A stretch of DNA of 64,000 nucleotides from Candidatus Bipolaricaulota bacterium (GTDB lineage: Bacteria > Bipolaricaulota > Bipolaricaulia > UBA7950 > UBA9294): contig JANQGM010000023.1 of NCBI GenBank assembly GCA_028277345.1, forward strand, positions 7,895-71,894. The letters run 5' to 3'. Position 1 is the stretch's first letter. The number at the start of each line of letters is the position of its first letter. Of the stretch, positions 49,301 through 58,087 are shown one piece after another. Under the pieces are notes generated by a model that saw only the letters and a list, made by a program, of their open reading frames with translations, ran no database searches and was not told the DNA's origin. A program made the translations under genes and the position numbers.

Positions 49301-50198
49301 CGGTCTTGAATCCACGTTCAGTCGGCGGATCACGGTGGCCGAAAACCCCGAGCTCGTCGCTATCCAGGACGTCTGGTTACTGGCGATCGGCATTTCCAAC
49401 TACGCGGAGGTTGAGGACCTGTCCTATGCTGACCGGGATGCTCAGGCGATGCTGGAGTGGTGGATCTCGAACGGGGTGAATCCCGAAAACGCCCGCTGGC
49501 TCACGGACCGGAAAACCTCACTGGTCCTGGAGGGCGGTGTGACGCTGTCCTCCCAGCTTGCCACCTTGGTCAACGTTCGCGCCGCATTGGGTTGGCTACG
49601 ACAGAATGCGCGCCGAAACGACCTCGTGATCATTCACTTCTCAGGCCATGGGTATCAGGGAGTGGATGACAATGGCGACGAGCGCGACGGCGTCGACGAG
49701 TTCTTCGTTCTGTACGATACCGCCGCCGCCGCAAAAGACGATACCGCCTTGCGCGACGATGAATTCGGACGCTTCCTCGATCGTATCGAATCTCAGCATG
49801 TCCTCGTCTTCTTCGACAGCTGCTACTCAGGAGGCCTCTCGCGCAGCTTGACCCCCGGATCTCGGACGACGAGCGACGACATCGACGTGTTCAGCGATTT
49901 CCAGCTTGAGGGCAGGTTGATTTTATCCGCATCCTCGGAGAATCAGGATGCCTTCGAATCTCCCCAACTTGAGCACGGCGTTCTGACGCATTTCTTGCTC
50001 GAAGGATTGAACGGCCACGCCGACCTCAACACAGATGCCCATGTGACGGTCTGGGAGTTGTTCGAGTACGTTCGCGCTGAAGTGTCCACATTCGTGAAAA
50101 ACGAACGTGGAGAGGTTCAAACCCCGCAACTCATGGGAGAGGGGGAGTCTCGGGTCGTGCTGCTTCGAACACAACCCGAGGCCTCGGATCGCGACTAG
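46344..50198 (+). CDS. 1284-aa secreted multidomain protein: parallel beta-helix repeats, middle region, PKD domains, C-terminal caspase-like (C14) domain
   Basis: Signal peptide (LILVLTVCSLCGWGAE). Repeated beta-helix turns (aa ~30-430). Three PKD-like units (WEFGDGG...HTYADPGQYSLTLLISDDNG; WDFDSDG; WDFGDGK...GIYTVQLTVRDAFG). Caspase dyad IIHFSGHG (His codon 49647-49649) and FFDSCYSGG (Cys codon 49821-49823). Confidence 0.8.
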   Translation: MIRPAGRCLATLILVLTVCSLCGWGAEIVVSLNGEGAFTSIQRALDAANYGDVIRINPGIYEETLILKSGVTLSGAGRASTVIRSSYGYDPVIRGRIVGAVTLSNLTIERTATLLAAPVIDLESSDVVFDNCIIRGGQAGGVRSIGTARLEMIDCTITNNDGFGVQVSDGGRLELFRSTLQQNDGPGLHLAQAVAQASDGSMEWNETHGVLMEAGSTFSGQDLTIANNGRWGIECGGTSSFELSRTELSTQALGNVLLEDHAQASFDRCDLSGGQRAGIEARADSSIDLLRSSVLSAAGDGLLLSDHTALSMNYGTLAHCQGTGVSATTEGVVAIMRSTLSSNGGDGLFFKGSEITVSHSQITLNAGIGLNIQLTHLVGSTQDFSYNNVWGNRAGEFSGINPSSSDSSMAPEYAAPENGNFSLLLDSPFSTAGQYGTPIGAAANPQWERGARGSLGFTRHETPLGDWEASVDWMGERSQPSQGTVRWDLDGEGVQAGILSQWAWLSHQRTKLTIAYAPSQPRESRPGVLHPSLGIRGVLDGDASRWSAWGDLSIVGRASVLRVATSYELPTGRSIQRLALDFRNLSLSADATGFLLNDLAIRWAQEFDHPRFALSLSASLDLIPQSRAVLRARWPFQEGTASLQAETYLEQWTTSSFRFDWTDSSTLDLSLALALREGRFDDLEIESRIRARGWTLSGLVGTHALEGPRLRIALTLAMSSWFLPRPNQPPLPALSIRPSEPEAGELIYFDASESLDPDGMIDQIWWEFGDGGVAIGERVQHTYADPGQYSLTLLISDDNGDVTSHVSTIRIVERRSTPAASFIWAAASPDGTRLPHPARAGDYVLLDAAESYDPDGSIVEYGWDFDSDGVFDRTTAEPRVLREPFSAGSWPITLRVVDDAGHADSIMRVVLIEERKPPEAGFELSPTNPAVADPIRISDASIPRDHPIVAWNWDFGDGKASDLREPTHRFMNSGIYTVQLTVRDAFGLESTFSRRITVAENPELVAIQDVWLLAIGISNYAEVEDLSYADRDAQAMLEWWISNGVNPENARWLTDRKTSLVLEGGVTLSSQLATLVNVRAALGWLRQNARRNDLVIIHFSGHGYQGVDDNGDERDGVDEFFVLYDTAAAAKDDTALRDDEFGRFLDRIESQHVLVFFDSCYSGGLSRSLTPGSRTTSDDIDVFSDFQLEGRLILSASSENQDAFESPQLEHGVLTHFLLEGLNGHADLNTDAHVTVWELFEYVRAEVSTFVKNERGEVQTPQLMGEGESRVVLLRTQPEASDRD

Positions 50199-50203
50199 CT
50201 GTC

Positions 50204-51190
50204 CTACTCTTCCAGTTCGACGACGATCAACCGTACTCGGTCCGTCCGGTGCACCTTGAGGATGATTCGATCCCCGGGGCTCTTGGTTGAGAGCAGCTCT
50301 TGCAAGTCCGCGCAGCGAGCCATCGGAAGGGCATTCGCATAGGTAATGACGTCGCCGGCTCGAAGCCCCGCGACGTCAGCGGCTGTTCCTTCCACCACAG
50401 CAGCAATTTGGATCCCTGCCCCGTCGGTTTCCTCGCACTGCACGCCGAGGATGACTCGATCCCGCGAATAGTCGAAGGTCAAGGTTTCGACAGGAAGATC
50501 AGTTGCCGATGCAAACGGAATCAGAACGGTCGGCTGGTCGATCATCTGACCGGCCTGCGTCCCCTTGACATCATCGCCAGCAAAGGGATCGGGCAAATAG
50601 ACGGCAATCTGAATGAGTCCCCGTAACGCCTCGAGGCTGGAGTGGGCTTGAGACGGTGGAGCAAACTCAAACCGGAGGGCCTCTTCCGAAGAGACTTGCC
50701 AGCCGGAAATCGCCACCTTCTGGAAGGGGCGAAGGATCCACTTCTTATCCGATGCGTTTCCAGCGATCTCGGCATTGCCATTGGAATTCAGCCCATCGAC
50801 TGAAACGACAACCCCGATTTCACTTGATGTCAGATTCTGCAACTGGATGCGGTAGGGTCTTCCCAACAGAGGGTCGATATCGAACTCGCTCTCCCGTTGA
50901 AACAGCCATCGCGCGAGCACATCGCAGGCCTGTTCGCTCTCTCCCAGAAGATCCGGAGCGGAGTCGCAACGTTCCTGCAGGTCGGCCACGCGTGCGGCCT
51001 CGCGATCGGGGATCTGAAGCACTCGCATGGAGAGGAGATCATCCGGCAGGCTCTCCCATGCACCCCAGTGCAGGATGCCCCAGGACTCAAAAGCCTCGAT
51101 TTCGACGGACACGAACTGCCCCGTCCCCCCAGCCGCGACCCATCCAATTGCCATGCAGACAATCAACAGCAAACTAAGACTCTTCTTCAT
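50204..51190 (-). CDS. Secreted PDZ-domain protein
   Basis: ATG 51190 behind GGGGGAG. Signal peptide MKKSLSLLLIVCMAIGWVAAG. C-terminal PDZ (GIQIAAVVEGTAADVAGLRAGDVITYAN...GDRIILKVHR). The N-terminal 230 aa are unassigned. Confidence 0.7.
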   Translation of the reverse strand: MKKSLSLLLIVCMAIGWVAAGGTGQFVSVEIEAFESWGILHWGAWESLPDDLLSMRVLQIPDREAARVADLQERCDSAPDLLGESEQACDVLARWLFQRESEFDIDPLLGRPYRIQLQNLTSSEIGVVVSVDGLNSNGNAEIAGNASDKKWILRPFQKVAISGWQVSSEEALRFEFAPPSQAHSSLEALRGLIQIAVYLPDPFAGDDVKGTQAGQMIDQPTVLIPFASATDLPVETLTFDYSRDRVILGVQCEETDGAGIQIAAVVEGTAADVAGLRAGDVITYANALPMARCADLQELLSTKSPGDRIILKVHRTDRVRLIVVELEE

Positions 51191-51259
51191 GAACACTCCC
51201 CCTTCATCCGGGTCCTTGCCTCATTTCATTATGGCAGAGGACATTGACCCTTGCCCAAT

Positions 51260-51823
51260 CTATTTCGGCAGGGTCACTCCGGACTGATTCTGATAGCCGC
51301 CGCCGGATTCCTTCTCAGCATAGGTCCGGTTCGGCCGACGCCCTCTGAAGAAGACGACTTGAGCAATGCCCTTTCCGACATGCAGCCGGATGGGCAGAGG
51401 AGAGACGTTGGCCAGCTCGATCGTGAGAATGCCCTTCCATCCAGGCTCCAGCGGCGTGACGTTGACCAGCAAACCACATCGTGCATACGAGCTCTTCCCC
51501 CAGCACACCGCGCACACATCGTCAGGCATGTTGAACCACTCCGTCGATTCAGCCAAGACCTGTGAATTGGGAAGCAGTTCAAACGTTTCTCCGGCCTCGT
51601 ACTCGCGGAAATGGTTGATTGGGAAGTCAACGGGATCAAGAATCTCGTTGACACCCCCAAGCGGCACGAGAAAACGCTTTCCCAATCGGAGATCGTAGCC
51701 AAAGCTTCCCAGTCCATAGGAAGGCTTCCCCCGCTGGTCCGAGATGAATGGATCGAGCATCGGCTGATCGCCTGCGCAGAGTTCCGCAATCTCATGATCG
51801 GAAAGCACACCATACATCGTCAT
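51260..51823 (-). CDS. dcd: dCTP deaminase
   Basis: 187 aa. GVLSDHEI, SYGLGSFGYDLRLG, LPNSQVLAESTEWF, GKSSYARCGL, GWKGILTIELAN. ATGA overlap with the upstream gene. Confidence 0.88.
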   Translation of the reverse strand: MTMYGVLSDHEIAELCAGDQPMLDPFISDQRGKPSYGLGSFGYDLRLGKRFLVPLGGVNEILDPVDFPINHFREYEAGETFELLPNSQVLAESTEWFNMPDDVCAVCWGKSSYARCGLLVNVTPLEPGWKGILTIELANVSPLPIRLHVGKGIAQVVFFRGRRPNRTYAEKESGGGYQNQSGVTLPK

Positions 51824-52353
51824 TCTGGATCCCCCTCATCGAGTAGTTCCGGGTGCTGAACCTGGCAAAGGACTTCGCCGATGAAGCCGCGCCATTCCGC
51901 CAGGCGATGCGTCTTTCGTTGCCGAATCATCCGCTGAAGCGCCATGTAGTTCAAACAAACGATCCTCCGTTGCAGAAAGGATTCGGGAAGATCGCGCTTT
52001 ACGGCCTGCCAGCGCTCGTTGGCAATGAGATCGTTCAGATGCTGAAGGTGGGCGTCGGGAATCGGATGCTCGAAGTTCGCCTGTTCCAATGGCCGCCGCG
52101 TCATCGTGTGCATGGTGGACTCCGATTGCTTGCTGACGCCGATACGGTATGTATCGAACTGCTGCCAGAAGTACCTTGGGGCGTCCACATCCATCCAAAT
52201 AACGATCGTTTCCAGAAACTTGTTGTGTCCGTCTCCCTTAAAGCGCAGTTTCTCGGCAACACGTTCCATACGCCCCGGCTCCTGGTTGTATGACAGCGAA
52301 AGCCCAAGCAGGGCTGATGCGTACCCATGCTCTTCGAGGATGCGAATCTTCAT
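51820..52353 (-). CDS. ThyX-like (Thy1 fold) protein with a degenerate ThyX motif
   Basis: Start MKIRILEEHGY behind AGGAGG. GHNKFLETIVIWMDVDAPRYFWQQFDTYRIGVSKQSESTMHT aligns by eye to the ThyX block H-x-x-P-x-EH...APIFVARQ..RHR..S....S.RY, but RHR is TYR and S-x-RY is S-T-MH. ~177 aa, shorter than typical ThyX. Confidence 0.5.
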   Translation of the reverse strand: MKIRILEEHGYASALLGLSLSYNQEPGRMERVAEKLRFKGDGHNKFLETIVIWMDVDAPRYFWQQFDTYRIGVSKQSESTMHTMTRRPLEQANFEHPIPDAHLQHLNDLIANERWQAVKRDLPESFLQRRIVCLNYMALQRMIRQRKTHRLAEWRGFIGEVLCQVQHPELLDEGDPE

Positions 52354-52943
52354 GGCCGGTCCTCCTGTGTCATGGCGCGGCTCCCCGGCTTTGTCAGCGA
52401 AATGCCCGACGTACAGGCCGGGCACGCCTCGGGCTCGAATGTCGGAATCTCCAGGCGCAGAAGCGAACGAATCGGAAGGCCGTTCACACCATGCTCAGCC
52501 GACCGATCGACAATTGCGCCGAGGGCGGTTGGAATCGCTCCGAGCTGCTCGATCAGGTGGATCGTTTCGATCGTCGTTCTTCCCGTCGTAATCACGTCTT
52601 CGATAAGACAGATCCGCTCACCGGAATGGAACTCGAAGCCCCGCCTCAAGGCCAACTTCCCCGTTGAATCGCGCTCTGGAAAACTAAAAGGTACCTTCAA
52701 GTGTCTCGCCACCTCGTACCCGATAAGTAGTCCGCCCAACGGCGGAGCCACGACACGATCCACAGGACCGTCAACCCGTTGCGCAAGCGCACGTCCCATC
52801 GCCGTCGCATTCTCGGGGTGTTCGAGTGCCCGAGCGCATTGGACATATCGCGTGGAATGCCGCCCCGATGACAGCAGAAAATGTCCATCAAGCAGCGCGC
52901 CCGTTGCAGACAGAAGATTCACCCAGTCGCGTGGGTCACGCAT
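52350..52943 (-). CDS. pyrE: Orotate phosphoribosyltransferase
   Basis: GHFLLSSGRHSTRYVQ and the PRPP-binding motif ICLIEDVITTGRT. Overlaps both neighbours. Confidence 0.9.
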   Translation of the reverse strand: MRDPRDWVNLLSATGALLDGHFLLSSGRHSTRYVQCARALEHPENATAMGRALAQRVDGPVDRVVAPPLGGLLIGYEVARHLKVPFSFPERDSTGKLALRRGFEFHSGERICLIEDVITTGRTTIETIHLIEQLGAIPTALGAIVDRSAEHGVNGLPIRSLLRLEIPTFEPEACPACTSGISLTKPGSRAMTQEDRP

Positions 52944-53718
52944 GGCGGGCCTCCTCGATATCGGCCTTCATCCGTGCGGCTGCTTCACTGGGGCGATCGG
53001 CGAACAGGATCGATCGGGATGCGTTGACGACGGTCAATCGGCTGCATCCAACCTGCTCGAAGAAGTCGCTTGCACGGCCGCCTTGCGCCCCCAAACCGGG
53101 GACCAGCCACGGCAGCGTCGCGCCCAGCTCGTCCAAACGCTGGACAGGTTCAGGTCGAGTTGCTCCCACAACGAGGCCCACCTGTCCAGGGAACCGAGCG
53201 TCCAAGGCCACAGAGAGTTCGGCCACCACCTCATGCAGCGGCACCGATCCGTGGTCGACAATCTGGGGCGCCGAGGCATTCGACGGCGATGTCAGGACAA
53301 AGGCGAACCCTCCTGCGTCCAGGAACGGCGTGATCGCATCTTCGCCCATATAGGGAACCAACGTAATGGCGTCGACGCCCAATCCGGAGAATGCGGCTTC
53401 GGCATAGGCCGCCGCCGTCGAGGCGATATCGCCTCGCTTCGCATCGAGGATGACCGGGCGGCCCATCGCGTGAACTCGTCGAATCACATGCTCTAGAAGC
53501 GTCCACCCAGCCGCCCCATGGACTTCGAAGAACGCGCTATTCGGTTTATACGCGCACGCATGCTCCACCGTCTCGTCAACGATCCAATCGATGAAATCGC
53601 GAATTCCGTCGACCGACGAGCCGAATTGAGCTGGGATTCGATCCCGATGCGGATCCAAGCCCACACAGAGCGCGCCACCACTTTCCTGAATGCCACGTTG
53701 TATCTGATCAATGAACAT
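52936..53718 (-). CDS. pyrF: Orotidine 5'-phosphate decarboxylase (type 2)
   Basis: 260 aa. LCVGLDP, ILDAKRGDI, PGLGAQGG. Long-form PyrF. Confidence 0.88.
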   Translation of the reverse strand: MFIDQIQRGIQESGGALCVGLDPHRDRIPAQFGSSVDGIRDFIDWIVDETVEHACAYKPNSAFFEVHGAAGWTLLEHVIRRVHAMGRPVILDAKRGDIASTAAAYAEAAFSGLGVDAITLVPYMGEDAITPFLDAGGFAFVLTSPSNASAPQIVDHGSVPLHEVVAELSVALDARFPGQVGLVVGATRPEPVQRLDELGATLPWLVPGLGAQGGRASDFFEQVGCSRLTVVNASRSILFADRPSEAAARMKADIEEARHA

Positions 53719-54634
53719 TGAAGCCTCCTGAGTGAGCCAGACCCATGATCTCTTGCACGGATTTGAAACTCCGGTCGTCCAACCACGTTTCGAGCTTGCC
53801 GCACAGTTTTTCTGGAAGCTGGGGATCGACCATCATTCCAAATCCCAATCCAACGAAATCCGCACCCGCCAGCAGCATCTCGAGCAGACTCCCCAAATCG
53901 GAGACCCCGCCGGTTCCGATGATGACGGTTTCGGGGAAAGCGCGCCTCACCTCGTACACTCTGGCCAAGGCAATGGGGAAGATGGCCGGCCCGGAAAGTC
54001 CGCCGTAGATGCGGCTGAGACAGGGCACCCCCGTGCTCCAATCGATTCGCAGTCCACGGAGGGAGTTGATCAGCGTCAGCCCGGCCGCTCCCTGGCGAAG
54101 CGCCGCCTCACAGGACTCAACAAGATTGCCCGTGTCCCCGGGCAGCTTCACGAGAACGGGCAGCGCTGATTCTCCCGCCGCAGCCCGGGTGAATTCACCC
54201 ACCGCACCGGCATCCGCTCCCGTGATCGCGCCTCCGATGTTGGGGCACGAGAGGTTGAGCTCGATCGCCTCGTAGCCATCCAAGTCCCCCACGCGCCGGA
54301 CAAGCGCCGACATCTGCGAAGCAGATGCCGCGGCAAGACTAAGTAGCCGAGGAATGGGCAAGCGCTCGATGGCTGGATGATCGTTGCGTACGAAGCTCTC
54401 GATGCCGGGATTCTCCAAGCCGATGGAGTTGATGGCCCCGGCAGGGCAATCGACGAGCCGGGGCTGGGCGTTGCCTGATCGAGGCTCCGGCGTGATGGTC
54501 TTGGTCGTGATCGCGCCCACGCTTGATGCATCCAGCGCAGCAGAGAGTTCGACACCGAACCCTGCCGGACCCGACGCAAGGACAAGCGGCGAAGCGAAGG
54601 CTTTCCCGAAACGTTCGCACGTCAACGTAGCCAT
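53708..54634 (-). CDS. pyrD: Dihydroorotate dehydrogenase B, catalytic subunit
   Basis: Start MATLTCERFGKAFASPLVLASG. NSIGLENPG, ELNLSCPN, GGLSGPAI, IIGTGGV. ORF-track start 54733 is an extension. 13-nt overlap with pyrK. Confidence 0.9.
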   Translation of the reverse strand: MATLTCERFGKAFASPLVLASGPAGFGVELSAALDASSVGAITTKTITPEPRSGNAQPRLVDCPAGAINSIGLENPGIESFVRNDHPAIERLPIPRLLSLAAASASQMSALVRRVGDLDGYEAIELNLSCPNIGGAITGADAGAVGEFTRAAAGESALPVLVKLPGDTGNLVESCEAALRQGAAGLTLINSLRGLRIDWSTGVPCLSRIYGGLSGPAIFPIALARVYEVRRAFPETVIIGTGGVSDLGSLLEMLLAGADFVGLGFGMMVDPQLPEKLCGKLETWLDDRSFKSVQEIMGLAHSGGFNVH

Positions 54635-55392
54635 GGCAGATCCTTCAACGCAAACAGCGGCCCTTCTCTGCAGATCCGCTGCATGCCTAAACGCGTCTCG
54701 ATACTGCAGCCCAAGCACGTTCCAATCCCGCAACCGATTCTCGCTTCCAAGGATACGTAGACATGGGGCTCATTGCCGTAGCCTTCGCCGAGCAACCGCA
54801 GCATGGGCTCCGGGCCGCAGGCGATGATGCCCACCCCAGGCGTCCAGATCTCCGCCAAACGTTCATGCGCACGTTGTCCACCATCGCACTCCACGGTCAA
54901 GACGACTTCGGGGAGCAGATCGACGGGATCACGCGTCCGGAATCCATAGACCTCGCCCGCTACCAAGTGCGGATAGCGTTTTCGAAAGTGAAGCAACGGC
55001 GCCGCGCCACTGCCGCCGCCCACAAGGATGTACTGACAGTCTGAGGAAATCGTATCCCGATATGCCGTTCCGTACGGACCACGGATGTCAAACTCCGTAC
55101 CCATGGGCGCAGTCGCGAATTTCTCGCGCACTCGGCCATCGGTCTTGACGAACAGTTCAAGTCCCAGATCGCTTCCCGAGAGAATGGAGAACGCCCTCGG
55201 CAAACAGGGATCCTCAGAATAGCGCACGAGGACGAACTGCCCCACTTCAACGTCCGTTGGGACAGTGGGACCTCGTAGGAGAACGCGCGCATACTTCGCC
55301 GACAATCGCCGATCGATCAGTTGCCCTCGTTGCCAGAAAAAACGCGACCCGCATTGGGTCGCGCGCATAGCATCGTTTGTTTTGTCTTCCAC
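54622..55392 (-). CDS. pyrK: Dihydroorotate dehydrogenase electron-transfer subunit
   Basis: FAD/NAD-binding layout (RAFSI, LVGGGSGAAPL) and the C-terminal 2Fe-2S cluster motif CGIGTCLGCS...C. Confidence 0.85.
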   Translation of the reverse strand: MEDKTNDAMRATQCGSRFFWQRGQLIDRRLSAKYARVLLRGPTVPTDVEVGQFVLVRYSEDPCLPRAFSILSGSDLGLELFVKTDGRVREKFATAPMGTEFDIRGPYGTAYRDTISSDCQYILVGGGSGAAPLLHFRKRYPHLVAGEVYGFRTRDPVDLLPEVVLTVECDGGQRAHERLAEIWTPGVGIIACGPEPMLRLLGEGYGNEPHVYVSLEARIGCGIGTCLGCSIETRLGMQRICREGPLFALKDLPWLR

Positions 55393-55458
55393 CCGAGCCT
55401 CCCCTCAAGGTTGGTTCGGGAACAGAGCTTACGCAACAAGATGCTGTGGAATCAAGGT

Positions 55459-55485
55459 ATCGGGCGACCGGTCAGGCCGCCCGAT
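55459..55485 (-). terminator. Hairpin 10 nt downstream of the glnS stop (possible terminator or attenuator before pyrK)
   Basis: atcgggcg (55459-55466) pairs with cgcccgat (55478-55485), 11-nt loop. There is no U-tract in the minus-strand orientation, so function is uncertain. Confidence 0.3.
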
Positions 55486-55494
55486 GCCTTCGTT

Positions 55495-57207
55495 TTAGGC
55501 CTTCCGTTGGGCCTTCTTCCACGAATCTCGCAGTGTGACGGTGCGATTCAAGACAGGCCGATCGAGCGTACTGTCCAAATCAACGCAGAAATAGCCCAGG
55601 CGCTCCAACTGATAACGCGTTCCTGGGGCCGCTCCTCGAAGGCTGGGCTCCACCCAGCAGCATTCACGAACCTCAACCGAGTCCGGATTGAGATGTTCCA
55701 GCCAGGTTTTTTCATCTTCCGGCGACATCGGGTTCTCGATATCGAACAGGTGATCATAGAGCCTAACCTCGGTCTGAACGGCATGGCTGGCGGACACCCA
55801 GTGCAGTGTCGCCTTCACCTTGCGACCGTCCGGCGCGCTCCCGCCGCGGGTCTCCGGATCGTACGTGCACTGCAACTCAATGACGTTTCCGTCGGCATCC
55901 TTGACGACATCCTCACAACGAATGAAGTACCCATACCGCAACCGGACCTCGCGGCCCGGAGCCAAGCGATAGAACTTTTTGGGCGGCTCCTCCATGAAGT
56001 CTTCACGCTCAATGTAGAGTTCGCGCGAGAAGGGAACCTCGCGCGTTCCCGCTTCAGGATCCTCGGGGTTGTTGACCGCATCGACCATCTCGGTGTGATC
56101 TTCGGGATAGTTGGTGAGCACAACCTTGAGCGGATTGATCACGCCCATAATCCGAGGCGCCCTCGCATTCAGATCCTGCCGAAGATGGTGCTCAAGAAAA
56201 GCCATCTCGATCGTTCCCTCGACCTTGGTCACGCCGATCCCCTTGACGAAGGCGCGGATCGCTTTGGGCGTATACCCGCGCCGGCGCATGCCGGCGACCG
56301 TCGGCATGCGAGGGTCGTCCCAACCGCGCACATGCGCTTCTTCAACGAGCTGTCGAAGATAACGTTTGCTCATCACAGTATAGCCGATGCCCACGGCGGC
56401 AAACTCAATCTGCCGCGGCCGGTGTGGTACGGGAAGGTTCTCAATAAACCAATCGTACAATGGACGATGATTCTCAAACTCCAGGGTGCACAGCGAATGG
56501 GTAATCCCTTCAATGGCATCCGACTGTCCGTGGGTCCAATCGTAGGTCGGATAAATGCACCAAGTATCGCCGGTCCGATGGTGCTCGACGTGCATGATTC
56601 GATACAGCACCGGATCGCGCATGTTGAGGTTGGGGTGACTCATGTCGATCTTGGCTCGAAGCGTCTTTGAACCATCCGCGAACTCGCCCGCTCGCATACG
56701 ATTGAACAAGTCGAGGTTCTCTTCCACCATCCGATCGCGATAGGGGCTGTCGACACCGGGCGGCGTCATCATTCGGTTCCCATCGCGGATGGCGGTGCCG
56801 CGGTACTCCGAAATCTGCTCGGCGGTCAGATCGCAAACATAGGCCTTACCTTCGCGAATCAGATGAATGGCCCAGTCACAAAGTTGCTCGAAATACCCCG
56901 AAGCGAAGTACAGCCGATCTTCCCAGTCCGCGCCAAGCCAAGCGACGTCGCGCTGGATGGCCTCCACGAACTCAACTTCTTCTTTGGCCGGGTTCGTGTC
57001 ATCGAATCGGAGATTGAAGTGTCCGCCGAACTCCTGAGCGACGGAGTAATTGAGAAGAATGCTCATGGCGTGCCCAATATGGATATAGCCGTTCGGTTCC
57101 GGCGGCCATCGCGTGTGTACGCGACCGTCGTTCTTGCCCGTGGCGATATCCTCGCTCACAATTCTGCGGATGAAATCCTTGCCTTCCCTATCTTTGGTGT
57201 TTTCCAT
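55495..57207 (-). CDS. glnS: Glutamine--tRNA ligase
   Basis: [16 protein letters not shown] (HIGH), VMSKR (KMSKS), and the GlnRS-specific C-terminal anticodon-binding beta-barrels. The start is chosen at [13 protein letters not shown] (57207); 57273 is also possible. Confidence 0.93.
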   Translation of the reverse strand: MENTKDREGKDFIRRIVSEDIATGKNDGRVHTRWPPEPNGYIHIGHAMSILLNYSVAQEFGGHFNLRFDDTNPAKEEVEFVEAIQRDVAWLGADWEDRLYFASGYFEQLCDWAIHLIREGKAYVCDLTAEQISEYRGTAIRDGNRMMTPPGVDSPYRDRMVEENLDLFNRMRAGEFADGSKTLRAKIDMSHPNLNMRDPVLYRIMHVEHHRTGDTWCIYPTYDWTHGQSDAIEGITHSLCTLEFENHRPLYDWFIENLPVPHRPRQIEFAAVGIGYTVMSKRYLRQLVEEAHVRGWDDPRMPTVAGMRRRGYTPKAIRAFVKGIGVTKVEGTIEMAFLEHHLRQDLNARAPRIMGVINPLKVVLTNYPEDHTEMVDAVNNPEDPEAGTREVPFSRELYIEREDFMEEPPKKFYRLAPGREVRLRYGYFIRCEDVVKDADGNVIELQCTYDPETRGGSAPDGRKVKATLHWVSASHAVQTEVRLYDHLFDIENPMSPEDEKTWLEHLNPDSVEVRECCWVEPSLRGAAPGTRYQLERLGYFCVDLDSTLDRPVLNRTVTLRDSWKKAQRKA

Positions 57208-57342
57208 TACTGCCCCATTTTCTGCTCCTCCTATGAAGTTTGAACGAATAGCCGATTCTAGTGCACACAGCATCGTTTGTCAGGCTGATACGTTGACGCA
57301 ACGGTGATCTGGGATACTGCCGCTCAAGAGGCAAGGAGGACC

Positions 57343-57924
57343 ATGGAAAAGATCAAACTCGGCGTGATTCCCCTCGTTTACCCCACGCCCATCGTGTTGA
57401 TCGGCGCGGATGTTGAGGGAAGGCCTAACTTCACTGAGGTGGGGGATTGCGCCATCATGGGCATTGAACCGGCGCTCGTTGCCATTTCCCTCAATGCCGC
57501 TCACTACACCACAGGGGGAATCGATGGGTCCGGAACCTTCAGCATCAACATTCCCCACACGGGGCAGCTTTCCATCACCGACTATTGCGGAAGGGTCTCC
57601 GGCCGTGATGTCGACAAAAGCGCCCTGTTTCGCGTTTTCCGTGGAGAGCAGACCCAGACTCCGCTCATTGAAGAGTGCCCGGTGGGATTGGAGTGCCGCG
57701 TTCGCGAGACCGTCCAAATCGAACAGCGGCGCATCTTCATTGCGGAGGTTCTTGAATGCTACGTCAGCCCATCGTTCGTCGCCGAGACGGAGGGTGGCCG
57801 AAGGATTGCGAGCTTGAACCGTCTGGATCCCATTCTGTACGCCCTGGACAACCAGTACTATTGTGTCGGCCCACCGGTCGGCGTGGGCTACCAAGAGGGC
57901 GTTGAGCCCACGCCTAAAACCTAG
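57343..57924 (+). CDS. Flavin reductase-like (FMN-binding split barrel) protein
   Basis: ATG 57343 behind AAGGAGGA. PTPIVLIGADVEGRPNFTEVGDCAIMG...FSINIP...SGRDVDK matches the flavin reductase domain family. Confidence 0.8.
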   Translation: MEKIKLGVIPLVYPTPIVLIGADVEGRPNFTEVGDCAIMGIEPALVAISLNAAHYTTGGIDGSGTFSINIPHTGQLSITDYCGRVSGRDVDKSALFRVFRGEQTQTPLIEECPVGLECRVRETVQIEQRRIFIAEVLECYVSPSFVAETEGGRRIASLNRLDPILYALDNQYYCVGPPVGVGYQEGVEPTPKT

Positions 57925-58087
57925 ACCACCGATCGTCATTTCGACAGCCTGTCGCGAAACCTGATCCACACTGCGGTGTAGATGATTCGGGTTTGAACGT
58001 TGAAAGGAGGTCGACATGTTCTTCCGAAGTCGACAAAGTCTTCACAGGAAAGGCGTTTCCGGCTATAGTGCTAGGAAGGAGGTCGGC

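Noticed and set aside
52327-53496. 389-aa plus-strand ORF
   Set aside because: Antisense to pyrE and pyrF. Arg/Ser/Pro-rich low-complexity translation. The minus-strand genes are clearly conserved enzymes.
55321-56670. 449-aa plus-strand ORF
   Set aside because: It lies entirely antisense to glnS, whose product has unmistakable HIGH/KMSKS motifs. The translation is R/P/G/H-rich with no RBS or family resemblance, typical of a GC-driven shadow ORF.
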